Source: Adineta vaga (lineage: Eukaryota; Animalia; Rotifera). From it: a stretch of DNA of 64,000 bases. A program made the position numbers and the translations under genes. The notes below the pieces were generated by a model. That model was not told the DNA's origin. It did no database searches and was given only the letters and a program-made list of their open reading frames with translations. Location of the stretch: NCBI GenBank assembly GCA_021613535.1, contig CP075495.1, forward strand, positions 6,758,001 through 6,822,000, in the 5' to 3' direction. Positions 25,777 through 39,335 of this stretch are shown piece by piece (positions within the stretch are counted from its first letter, which is position 1; each line of letters begins with the position of its first letter).

Positions 25777-28700
25777 ATGAGACGAACGAATCGTGTCGAG
25801 CCGGTCAATACCGGTAATAACGCAAATGATTTAGCACGAGCAACTATGACAACAACAACGCGTATGGAATTTGTTCGACGAGTTCAAGTACTTCCAATGG
25901 TACGTAAATGTAAACACTCGATATTAAGTCTTGAATTTAATTGTTGCATGTCGATGAGGATTTTCTTTTTCTTACTGATTTTCACTTGATTATGAGGAAG
26001 AGAGAAAATTGAATGAAAAAAAAAGAAAAAAGAAAAAGATTGACTTATAGTTCAACAAGTAACCTTGTTTCGAAGATTTCTCTTCATAAAAGTGTCTCAA
26101 TAGGAAGAAGCAGTTGCTCAATTGCACGGTGATCTGAATCAATCACTCGCTGGTGAAGCAACAATTTCACCCAGAATTTGGACTGGAATGCAACGTCCTA
26201 CAACACCCATAGCTATTAGGTAATGCATAAATCATGGAACTTTCTAAAACAAAATCGTCTATCTATCTTTTACTTCGATAGAGGAACACGCCGAGCAGTA
26301 TGGTGCATCGGTTGTGTATTTATTACAGTTGGACTACTTGCTCTTCTTGCTCTAGTTGTTGGTTTAACAATTGCCTTTGGAGGTTTGTATTTCTAGATGG
26401 AAGATTCTATTCAGTTGATTTTCTTTTCTTTATTGTTATAGCAACAAATGCGATCGGCGAAAGTGATATCGAAAGTTTGTACAATTTTTTATTATTGTAT
26501 ATTGAAAAAAAACTTTGTATAATTGTGTATACTAGGATATGATGTCGGTGATTTGCATTATGGAGTTGATAATGTTGATGCTGAAAAATTTCCATCAAAT
26601 ACATATCTATCGGTTGAAAATAAAGCTGCTGTTCAAACATATGTTTGTTGATTAAATTCCATTAGATATGTCGGATTTATGTAGTTTATTTTAGCTTTCC
26701 GATCAATTATCTAGTGAACCTGGATATCGTGGTCTTGTTATTGATGGAGTACTTGTGCAACAACAAACGAGAACAGGTCGAAAACGCCGGTAAATTTTTA
26801 TTTCGACTGATTGGAATCAAAACTTGAAACATTGTCTTTGTTTTTAGAGATACATCATGCGATGCAATTTTTGTTGTTCGAAATATTCAAATATACTTTG
26901 ATCATTGTTCAACATGTGCCGGTTCACGTAATCTTGCTTTACGACGCGTATTTTCTAATATAACAGCCTTTCAGCAACCCTTGGAATTACTCTTAAACAG
27001 TAATGGTAGCACATCAAAGGTAGCTGCAGAAATCTGTTCAGCACCAACAATTTCACGTTTAAGTAAGCATAGGATAGTATAGATTTTGAAAAAGAAAGGA
27101 GGACATTTTATTTTATTCATTTCCAGTCATACCAGTTCGATTAAGTATTTTACAAGCACGAGAAATTAATTCAAGTCTTGTATTAACAACGACGCATTCT
27201 ACAACAACCGAAATACGAACCGATTATCCTACATATACTTATACCGTACGACCATCAACGATTCGTTCTTCGTATATTTTTACATCACGAAGTCTTACTA
27301 CTCAAAAAGTTACCTCGATGAGAAAAGCATCAACTATGAAAACTAGTACTATTCGACCGATCGAAACAACTTTATCACTTGTAACAACAATAGCTAGTCA
27401 TATTAGTTCCGAATTGTCGACGATTTCACCTGGAAGAACAACAGATTTAATGTTGACCAGTGAAATGACAATTACTGAAGGAATAACACAACGAACAGAT
27501 GCATCCACACTATTGAATGAAATTGATAAGACGACAGCAGAACAATCTGAAGATACAACAATAGTTAAAGAACTCGAATCTACCTCCTCCTCCGTCTCCT
27601 CTTTATCATCATCTTCGTTGTCATCGATCGAAGGAATTTCAACAACAGAAACATCTGACAATGTTTCAGAGCACACCACATTAGACGCAATCGACGATAC
27701 TACATACATGACAGATTTCACTTCACTCTCAACTGATACTTCAACGTTTGAAGCAAATTCAACAATCGAATTTGAAGAAATTGCTACATCTTCATCGTCA
27801 TTAATCGATTTTACTAGTGAAGAAACGTCCACGATTGATTTTATGGAAAATACAACAACAGCAGCTATCGAGGAATTTGAAACAACTTCTTCTGATGATT
27901 TTACTGATATGACTAAGTCTGCAACGACTGATTTGTTAACAATAAACGATACTACAACAGAATCGGATCTATTCGAAACAACAAGTAATTCAGAAGATAT
28001 AGATTCAAATTCGACATCTGAAATATTATCAACTACGGTTGTTGATGATTATCCCACTGAAACTACATTTGTATCAGATTCGACTACAGATGAGATTGCA
28101 ACTGATTTAACAACTGACATACAATCAAGTACTATGTCAAGTTATAAAGAAGAAACAAGTCTATTACCTGTATATATTCCAACTACAATGAAACAAACTA
28201 CCAGTTTGTCGCGTCAAACAACGAAAAAGATTTCACCATTTCTACCCTATAAACCATCATCGTTCACTAGTGCTAGACGAGATACATCACGCCAACAAGC
28301 TACACAAGCAACATCTTTATTGCCATCAGTGAAACCAAGTCGTACGCGTAAACAAACATATTATTCTACAGTATTCGTTTCTCCAACAACACAACACCAA
28401 AGTATTTCACGAATTATAACATCTACAAACACTTATCGACCTACAACAGCAACCTTTCCAATGACAACCGCAACTCGACAACGTGGTCGATCTAAAGTTA
28501 CAACAAACAAATTAAAACAAACAAGTATGAATTCAATTACTATTATTATATTATTTTTGAGAAAAGCATCTCCTACTGTAGTAAATTAAATCGTAACATG
28601 TTGTACAGTCTCACTAGAATAAACCGGTTATTGGTTAATCTGCTGTATAAAACATCACTTTTGATTTCTTTTGTAGCTAACTATCCAACAACTATTCGTC

Positions 28701-31700
28701 CGCAAACAACAACAACAAGAACTACTATGGAAGAAGACTATACATCCATATCAAGTACAGATATGATGGCTACTGGTATATTTTTATTGATAGGCTTTAC
28801 TTCTTTTCTATAAACAGTTTCTTATTTAGATGGAACAATTACAACAGATAGAAACATTGAGATGTCGTCGATATCTACATCTAGTGAAATACAGATAGAT
28901 GATCTTGAAACGACGTCATTTACTTTAAATGAAGAACAAGCAACTGAACGATTATTGAAAACAGATTTAACATCAACAACTTTCGATGAATTATCTACAG
29001 ATGAAACGTATACAACAGTTCTTCAATTAAATTCAACAATTACAACGACTGTAAGTACTTCTGGCATGATATTAACAAGTAGTTTGCTTGATGATTTAAC
29101 TGAACAACCAAGCTTGTATTCATTATCTTTCACTACTATAATGCCATTCACAAATGCTTATATAGAAAGTAGTTCTATCACTTCTACATCTACAACTTAT
29201 TTTTCATTCTCATCAAGAGAACATTCAGATAAAAAATCAACTGAAATATTACGTACACTTTTTGATACATCTGTATCAACAGTAGTTTCAAGTCGGACTT
29301 CCTCTCAATCGTTAACGGAAACAACAACAACAACAGTATCGACTATCGTTGATCAAATACAAGACACTACTCTGATCATTCAAAACGGTTTGAGTCAATG
29401 GATAACTACGCATACGAATACTGATATAACATCGTTACGTACGGAAGAAACAATTGTTGATCTTACTGTATCATCCGTTTCTTCTTCTCTGTATGAAGAT
29501 GAATTCAAGTCAACACATGATACAACCTATGATATTTTGTCGTCAACTGTTTTCAAATCAAGTTCAGATACAATTGAGACTCAGACGAATAGTTTTTCGA
29601 TGGATGAAACTACAACAAATAATAATATGATTACAGTCATGTCAGACTCATCAACAGTAACCTATTCAAGCTCAAATAAGAAACTGTTCAGTACGGTGAC
29701 AGATTTCGCGACAAACTCAGAATCGATGCAATCCGTTACAGATGCATTGTCGAACTTAAATGAAATAACTCCAAATTTATCTGATCAATCTTCATCTTCC
29801 TCATCATCTTCAGTTTCTATTGCAAGTAGTACAAGTAGCGAATCGATCGACGTTACATCTAGTACGGATACATCAGTATATCAAACTTATTCTTCAATAG
29901 TGAATGACGATAATATATTTACCGTATCTCCAGTTGTAACAGATCACAATTTCATAACATCAACATCTACCATATCTGTGTCTTCCAATTATGATAATAT
30001 ACTAACTGCTGTTACCGATACAACATATCCAAGTGATTACTCAACGATTTTACTTTCGTTAATATCATCAGAAGAGGCCACTCGTGATAATCCATTTACA
30101 TCCACATTATTTAACAATATTGATTATTCTTCCCATTCGAATTCAGAAGTAGATGAAATATCAACGCCTTCCACAGCGAATATCAATGGCGATCAAACAT
30201 CATCAATTTTATCAACTAGTAGCATCCAATCTGTTTCTCAAACAAGTATTTCGATGGATACGGTAATAAATTCTGACGCAACTACCATTGATTCATCAAT
30301 CTCTAGCAATTATTCATTACTTACTGATGATACTCTCAGTATATTATTACGATCATCAGTAACTCCGTCTAGTGCACACCAGTCGTCAATTGAACATGCT
30401 CTAGAGACATATTCAACCGCAGCACAGAATTCGAAAATGATGTCGTCTCACCCATCATCAACAAGTATTTTGCCATTTATTCACGCCGACACAGTTACCT
30501 CTGGTATTAGTACGAGATCAATCGATAGTATTTTTTCATCAATAATGATTTCAACTCCTAGTTCGGATTTAGTTACAAGTGTATCTGATACAACTACTAA
30601 TCGAATGACTAATAAACCTTTATTAATACATATTTCTACTGATACTAACAGCGATCTAATTTCAACGACGTTATCGTCACAAGCATCACTACTCGAACAG
30701 ACAAATGACGATCAATTTAGTACTTTGTCTTCTCTTACAGATGACACTAATCTAACATCATCTTCGGTTTCTCATCTACTAACAACACTTCAAGGTTCGG
30801 GTATCGATACATTCACTTCTGACATTTTTCAGGATGAACAAAATACTAATCATCTATCAACAATTGCTCAAACTGTTCCAGATTTCAGTGAAAGTTCTGT
30901 TTCAACACCTATAGCGATAAATGTCAGTCATTTTGCGCCTGATACGATACCTACAGACAAATACGAACTCGATTCTACAATTACTGTAACAAGTTTTGAA
31001 ATATTTCATGATATTAGCTCAAATAATGACGCTATCCACAAGTATCGTACACGACTTAAGTTCGACCGAAAGTACTTCCTTCGAACATTCAGAATATTTC
31101 GATAAAACTACGAGCAATACTATAACGCAATCTACAACTATCGATAATAGCTATCAAACGTCATCACAGACCACTATGGAAGGCTTAGAAACCGATGTAA
31201 TAGAAACAAATGGCATAACATTAAGTACAACAAACGAGAACAATGTATTTACTACCTCTACAATACCTGTGTTATCAACATCTATGCTCCATACAAATGT
31301 TATACAAGAAACATCACTTTTACCAGTGATTATATCAACTATAGATTATGAATCTGCATCCACCCCTACATCTATTATTAATGATGATTATTCGACTGTT
31401 TTAGAGAATGTTATTGAAACTTCACAGTCACTCCTTACTCAAAACCCGTATCCCACTCCATCAACAATAATCGAGACATTTGACGATACTTCGAGCACAA
31501 TTGATATACATACAGAAAACATACCACCAATGACTAATATCATTACAAAACACTTTACTTCAACTTCTCCGTCTACAAATCTTCGAGATGCATTCAGTTC
31601 ATCAGCATCGACTGCGACATCTCCGACTATTAATGAAACGTTCCATGAAACTAATCCAATGACATCTGAACGAGATACGGATTTACCAGAAAATAATGTC

Positions 31701-34700
31701 ACAATTCTTTCCACTATTGTCAATGAAGTTACTCATGAAACATCTACCATTGATCTTGCCACCACAGAAGACTCAAATATCGATACAACTGATTTCTATT
31801 CGAACATAAGTCTTTTCCCATTTACATCAAAAACGACAGACGAATCATCGATATCAACATCTACTTCCTCACTTACAGAAAAAAAAGACAGTTTCTCAAC
31901 AAATTCGATTAGTACTCAAACAGTAAAATCCACCAACAACGTTTCTATTACAGAGTCGACGAGTTCCACAACAAAATTGAATACTGAATCGTCCAATCTG
32001 TTAAAATCCACTGATCGACTTTCGATACTTCAAGATACCACCAATCCCGCAATACATTCGACCAGTACCTCGTCACAATCAACCACTCAACGTTTGATTC
32101 TCCAAGACTCCAGTACCATGTCACCATCCACTGATCAACCTTCACTTCTTCTTGATTCTACCATTGATACATCGCAGTTTACTAGTGAACGTTTGGTTCT
32201 TCTAGACTCAACTAGTACCACGTCACATTCGACTCATCAACAGCCAATTCTTCCAGATTCTACCAGTACCATGTTACCATCCACTGATGAACCTTCGCTT
32301 CTTTTAGATTTTACTAGTACTACAATACATTCGACCAGTACCACGTCACATTCAACTCATGAACAGTCAATTCTTCCAGACTCCACCAGTACCGTATTGC
32401 CATCCACTACGGAACGTTTGGTTCTTCTAGACTCAACCAGTATCATATCACCATCCACTGATCAACCTTCGGTTCTTCTATATTCTACCATCAGTACATC
32501 GCAATCAACAGCTGAACGTTCGATACTACAAGATACGACTAGTACCACACCAAAGTCAAATACTCAAAGTTCGATTCTCCCAGATTCTACTAGCACTACA
32601 TTATATTCGACCAGTACCTCGTCACATTCAACTACTGAACGTTTGGTTCTCCAAGACTCCAGTACCATGTCACCATCCACTGATCAACCTTCACTTCTTC
32701 TAGATTCTACCATTGATACATCGCAACCAACTAGTGAACATTCGATTCTTCAAGATACGACAATTAACACATCAAAGTCGACTACTCAAAGTTTGATTCA
32801 TCCAGATCCCACTAGTACAACACTACATTCGACCAGTACCACGTCACATTCAACTACTGAACGCAATTCTTCCAGACTCCACCAGTATCATATCACCATC
32901 CACTGATCAACCTTCGATTCTTCTAGATTCTACCAGTGGTACATCGCAGTCTACTAGTGAACGTTTGGTTCTTCTAGACTCCACCAGTACCATATCGCAA
33001 CCAACTACTGAACGTTCGATACTACAAGATACGATCAGTACCACACGAAAGTCAACCACTCAACGTTTGGTTCATCCAGATCCCACTAGTACCACACTGC
33101 ATTCGACCAGTACCACGTCACATTCAACTCACGCACAGTCAACTCTTCTAGATTACACCAGTACGACATCGCCATCCACTACGGAACGTTTGGTTCTTCT
33201 AGACTCCACCGGTACCATGTCACGATTCGCTGATCAACCTTCGGTTCTTCTAGATTTTACCAGCCGTACATTGCAGTTTACCAATGAACGTTTGATTCTT
33301 CTAGATTCTACCGGCACCAAATCGCAGCCGACTACCCAACATTCCGTTCTCCCAGATTCTACTAGCACCACATTCCATTCGACCAGTAAAACGTTCCATG
33401 CCATTGCTCAACAGTCAATTCTTCCAGATTCCACCGGTACTACATCGCCATCCACTACCGAACATTTGGTTCTCCTAGACTCCACCAGTATCATGTCACC
33501 ATCTACTGATCAACCTTCAGTTCTTCTAGATTCTAACAGTGGTACACCGCAGTCTACTAGTGAACGTTTGGTTCTTCTAGACTCCACCAGTATCTTCTCA
33601 CCATCGACTGATGAACCTTCGGTTCTTCTAGATTCTACCAGCACCCAATCGCAGCCGATTACCCATCATTCCGTTCTCCCGGATTCTACTAGTACCACAT
33701 TCCATTCGACCAGTACCACGTTCCATGCCACTGCTCAACAGTCAATTCTTCCAGATTCCACCAGTACCATATTGTCATCAACTACGCAACGTTTGGTTCT
33801 TCCAGACACCAGTACCACGTCACCGTCCACTAATCAACCTTCGGTTCTTTTACATTCTACCAGTGGTACATCGCAACCAGCTAGTGAAAGTTCGATTCTT
33901 CAAGATACGACCATTAACACATCACAGTTGACTACTGAACGTATGGTTCATCCAGATCCCACTATTACCACATTACATTTGACCAGTAACACGTCACATT
34001 CAACTACTGAACAGTCAATTCTTCCAGACTCCACCAGTACCATATTGCCATCCACTACGGAACGTTTGGTTCTTCGAGAATCCACCAGTATCATGTCACC
34101 ATCTACGGATCAACCTTCGATTCTTCTACATTCTACCAGTGGTACATTGGAGTCTACTAACGGACGTTTGGTTCCTCTACATTCAACCAGTACCACGTCG
34201 CATTCGACTCATCAACAGTCAATTCTACCAGATTCCACCAGTATTATGTCACGAGCCACTGATGAACCTTCGATTCTTTTAGACTTTACTAGTACTACAA
34301 TACATTCGACCGGTAGGTCGTCACATTCGACTGATCGACGATCAATTGTTCCAGATTCGACGACTACCACCAATGTTATGTCACAGTGGACTGATGAACC
34401 TTCGATTCTCCCAGATTCCAACAATAGTACATCACAGTTGACCAGTACCAGCTCGCAATTGACTACTCAACGTTTGATTCTTCCAGATGACACCGGTACC
34501 ATGTCACCGTCCACTGAGAAACATTTGATTGTTCTAGATTCCACTAGTTCTATATTGCAATCAACTACTGCAACTACTGAACGTCTGATTCTCCAAGATG
34601 CGACCGATACGGCTTTACATTCGACCAGTACTAAGTGGCAATTCACTACTGAACCGTTGGTTGTTCTAGATTCTAGTGATATTTCATCCAGTTCAATCGT

Positions 34701-36076
34701 GATGTTTCAAGATCTTCTCGCTACTACAAAAATCACTGAAGTCAAAGAACCAAGTGAATCGTCAACGAACCACGAATACCTACAGAAACTAGCTCTAGTA
34801 TTCTTTTGGATACTATTACTCCGAAATTATCTGCAAGTCCTCCATTTACCGATTCAGATACCACCACTGATCGATTGTTAGCATCAACTTTTGGTGGGAA
34901 TAACGTTGACACAATGATTTCTCACATGACCAGCACAGGTTCATCGGGTATATCTAACAATCCTATACAAGAAATATCAATATCTACTAATTATCTTACT
35001 GAATCTACACAAATTACGAGAGATATAGAAGTCTCGACTTTGGATGCAAAACAGTTGACATCAAGTATTGAAATACTCGCGACTTACTCGACATCATTAT
35101 CGGAATCACGTCAGCCTACAGATGAACAGAAAAGCTCTGATATAAATACTTTGGAACAGTCGACTACTTCGATTGATTACACAACAGATATATCAGAACA
35201 AACAAAATCTTCTTCTTCTTCTATTCCCTCTATCGTTATGTCACCGACAACAGCTACTGATTCAATTGTCAACAGTATCACTGATTCGTTTACAATAACA
35301 CAGGAAGCGTCTATATCAGACATATCAAATGATAAAATAAATTCAACAGTTCTCAATTCTGATAACGAGGTCACTTCTTCTGATGGATTACTCGTCGATG
35401 ACTTATCATCTGATCGAACAAATGATATCATTTTGAGTACAACTCAACCAAATCACTCTTCTACTTTATCGGTCAGTTCAACAGCAGAACTAAATTTTCA
35501 CGACACTACACAACAACAAAACCACGATGTGACATCGAAAGACCTCGATTATACGACTATAGAAACTGAACTACCGATTTCATTCACTGTTGATCGAACA
35601 AACAAACAAGGCATCAATGATATTTCATCAACGGCATCAACTACAATCGAGCAGATGTCAACTAATAGTAAAACATCTTCTATAATATTAAATATACTAA
35701 CAACAAACCGTATATCAAATGTCGAATTTATTACGAACAGTGATAATATCTTGTCATCAACCAATTCTATATCATCATCTCTGATTAATAATCAACAAAC
35801 AGGTATCTATATTTTGATGTCTTATGTGACCAAAACTCGTCTTGTTTCTCTTTTCAATATTTAGATAAATTAACTGAACATTCAACAAAACCTTTTTCTT
35901 CTTCAACTATTGCTACATCATTGAAAGATCTACTACGCACTACTCAAAATTCGATTCAATCGACAATAACATCATCCAATCAAACTTCAACTATTTCAAT
36001 AATACACACTGAACAGAATCTCAGCACAAGAGAATCTTCTACTGATATTTTAAATATCACTTCTCTATCACCATAG
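25777..36076 (+). CDS. Very large Ser/Thr-rich mucin-like type II membrane protein (~3,000 aa); three apparent frameshifts
   Basis: Short exons 25777-27061 give a cytoplasmic N-terminus, TM helix (AVWCIGCVFITVGLLALLALVVGLTIAFG), RKRR and a 4-Cys segment; then huge S/T-rich exons; final in-frame TAG 36074-36076. The exact 3' end is uncertain. Confidence 0.75.
32030..34670 (+). repeat. Degenerate coding tandem repeat, 51-nt (17-aa) unit with 72-nt (24-aa) variants
   Basis: Units such as LLDSTSIISPSTDQPSV / LQDTTSTTPKSNTQSSI / LPDSTSTTLYSTSTSSHSTTERLV recur; DNA motifs ccatccactgatcaaccttc and gaacgtttggttcttctagactc repeat many times. Confidence 0.9.
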
Positions 36077-37066
36077 ATATACTGCATGGAAACACAGCTT
36101 GCACATAGTTCTAAAATTGACTTTAAATGTTAAATATTTTTCTTATTCTTTCTATATTCTAGCCCAAAATTGACGAGAATAATAACAATGATCAGTACGA
36201 TTATGAAGACTAATCCAGATCTAGTTATATAGACAATTAAGAAAATAGAGAAAAAAAAATACCCTTATGTCCGGTGTGTATACGAACTTCATATAAAAAG
36301 AACTCAATTTTTCTTTCTTTTTCTCCAATAAAATAATAACAACTTTTCTTGCATATGTAATTCTTTGATTCATTATCATCATCATTGAAATCTATCGTTT
36401 GTAGATATGTCAACGTTCATTCAAATCTATTTGCCAATAAAACGATTCAATTTCAATTGTGTTTTGATTCACACTTTAGTCACCTGACCATTTTTTCCAC
36501 TTTACTCTTCATCAATTTGTTGATGATGATGAATATGTACAATGGTGTGAACATGCACAAACGACAATATACATATAAACGTTTAATTGTGCTCGAGGCT
36601 TTCGACAATTGACAATTGATATGAGACAGAAAAAAAAAGTGAAATAAAGAGTTGTGTTTAATTTCGCAGGAAATGAAGTGTTCAATTATCGACACGGTTC
36701 TCTAGCGAAAAGAAAAAGCAAATTTCCTAATTCGCAAATAATTATATCAATTCTTTTGTTCAAGACTTTTCTATTGATCAATCAGATTGGCATCGTAACA
36801 CAGACAGAAAGAAAAAAAAAGTAGAGAAAAGTCGATTAAATGGAAAAAAACCGATAAATATTAAATGACTTGTATGATGACGTCAGTCAATCTTCTGCGT
36901 TCTTTAAATAGTAACATCAAATGGCTATGAAATCATCCCGCAAGCTTTCTTTTGATCATCAGATTTCATTTCGTTTGATTAATTTAACAATCATCATCAT
37001 CTTTTCAATATTGATACTTCGATTAAATTTTACACATGTCTCTAATTACAAGCTCAATTGAATCAT

Positions 37067-37429
37067 TTAGATAATTGTTTTCATTTCACTTTTAACATTA
37101 TAATCTGTAAATTCACTTGGTTCACCAATCGTTTGAATTGTATCCGTTTCTTGAAGATTATATGGAACAATTGGCATATGATAATCTTTCATGTGTCGTT
37201 TGATTTGTTCATTTTTATTGTTTATTCGTTTACGGATAATAAATATATATAATAGAATTAAAATAAAAACGATCACAAGTACTATTCCAATAGAAATAAT
37301 TAAACTTAACCAAGATTTGAAAAAATTCTTTGATGAAGAAGTTTTTTTCGTATGATGATTTTTTTTACAATGAACTATGATTAACAAGGAAAATACTAAG
37401 AATAGATGAAAAATAATTAGACTGTTCAT
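37067..37429 (-). CDS. Small orphan single-pass membrane protein (120 aa)
   Basis: ATG-started ORF with a signal-peptide-like N-terminus, a ~24-aa hydrophobic helix, a basic stop-transfer (RKR) and a Tyr-containing tail ending KTII. Confidence 0.6.
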   Translation of the reverse strand: MNSLIIFHLFLVFSLLIIVHCKKNHHTKKTSSSKNFFKSWLSLIISIGIVLVIVFILILLYIFIIRKRINNKNEQIKRHMKDYHMPIVPYNLQETDTIQTIGEPSEFTDYNVKSEMKTII

Positions 37430-38137
37430 AACATAAGTATTAAATTGAATAGAATAGATGAAGAATTTCTCTCGTTACCGAGGTAATTCATCAATTGAAG
37501 TAAAGAAGAGAAAAAAAACAAAAGCAATACATTTTGAATTTTATTTAATATATTTCTTCTCCAATCAGAGATATGTATCTATTAATTTTCTTTTATTCTT
37601 CCATATTCGATGAGAAAATTAAACAGCAGTCAAACGTCGTTGTTAGTTAATTCATATATTATTAAATATAGTCATCATTTCAGACAAATTAGAATGTCGT
37701 CAAGCAGTCACCGAAACGAACACATACAGAAGCTTGAAGGGGAAAAAACGTCGAGTATGGTTTCTCCTCTTTTTCTCTTGTTTCATGTACAATATGCACG
37801 CGCGTGAAATGATTATATTGGTTTGTTGATTACAGCATACGAAACGTCCCTTTTTATTAATGCACCAATAGAATATCTAGATGCACTATTTTTTTTCCTC
37901 CCTAGGCAAAAGAAAGAGAAAGAGAGAGAGAGAGAAATAAAGAGAGGAAAAGAGAATATAATTATCATCGAACACATAGTCACAACTAAGGTTTTTTCTG
38001 TTCCTCAGTGTGCACTTACGATCAAATCATCCACTACATTTAATAATTGAATAAAAACACTGACATATTCATATTCATATTTGTATACATTATATATATA
38101 TATATAAATATTATATAAATCAACAACGAATTTTTCA

Positions 38138-39335
38138 ATGCGAGGTTTTACAATTGCTTGTATACTTGGAAGTACGAATTCGTCAACAACAACGAATAAG
38201 TTAAAACGAAAAAATTCTGATGACGATAATGAAGATCATCAACCTAATAAACGACAAACAACGGAAGGTAAGGACAAATACTTTTTTTTCTTTTATTAAG
38301 ATATCATTTCAATTAGTTTTTCAATACATCTTTATTAAATATATAATAAGACTTAATCAATACAATCTAGTTCTATTGTTCGGAAACTAAGAAAAGAATG
38401 TTTTGTCAATTACTTCATTAAGATACAGAGAGAGAAAGAAAGAAAGAATATTATCATCAATAAAAGAAGAAAAAGAGTCTAAATTCCTTTGGATTTTCTT
38501 TTTCTTTAGCACATGAAATCTTATCACCATCATCTGCTCTACTTCTTCCAAGTTCATCATCGGACAATAGCAATCATAAATTGTCAATCAATGATGAAGA
38601 ACGTGATTCATCAACGGAACATCATAGTTGTGATGAACGACCACGAAAAGTACGACGTAGTCGAACAACATTTTCTACATATCAATTACATCAATTAGAA
38701 CGTTCATTTGAAAAAACACAATATCCAGATGTATTTACACGTGAAGAACTTGCGATGAGATTAGATTTAAGTGAAGCACGTGTACAAGTTTGGTAAGTTG
38801 AATTGAAATCAAAAGAAAATGTTTCTCTTTATTTATCAAATAAATTATTTTCTCAAGGTTTCAAAATCGTCGTGCTAAATGGCGTAAACGTGAAAAAGCT
38901 CTCGGTCGTGAAAGTCCAAATTTCATGGGTCCACATGATTTAGAAACATTTCGTCATCAAATGTCAGCTTATTTAACAAATGCTTTAACTGGAAATGTTC
39001 CAGCAACTAATGATCGACCACAATTACCTGTACCTCCACCACATTATCTTCCATTTCTAATGGGTCATCTTGACGAAAAAGTTTTAGCACGTTTACCAAC
39101 AAATGTAACATCATCAACGGCAGTAACAAACATTCCACCAAATCTTGGTCTACTCTATCATCATCCTCATCATTCGACACAATTATCGAATATTAATATC
39201 TCATCAGCATCGCCAACATCATCATCATCATCGAATTCATCGACATCAGATATTCCCGAACAATCATCATCCTATTTAACAACATTTGATCATCATAGAC
39301 GTGTTAAATTAGAACTCCAAGATGCTTCTGCTTAA
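38138..39335 (+). CDS. hbn: Homeobrain PRD-class homeobox protein (3 exons)
   Basis: eh1/octapeptide-like FTIACILG; homeodomain [62 protein letters not shown] followed by ALGRESPNF, diagnostic for Hbn; exons 38138-38267, 38510-38792, 38858-39335. Confidence 0.9.

Noticed and set aside
32030-34670. CRISPR-like or transposon-derived array
   Set aside because: Degenerate, codon-phased units with no unique spacers or terminal repeats; it is a coding repeat.
27398-35764. Antisense Val/Asp/Glu-rich ORFs within the mucin
   Set aside because: Shadow frames of Ser/Thr codons.
36077-36230. Extra terminal exons of the mucin after TAG 36076
   Set aside because: Acceptor at 36162 is plausible but frame and donor are ambiguous without cDNA.
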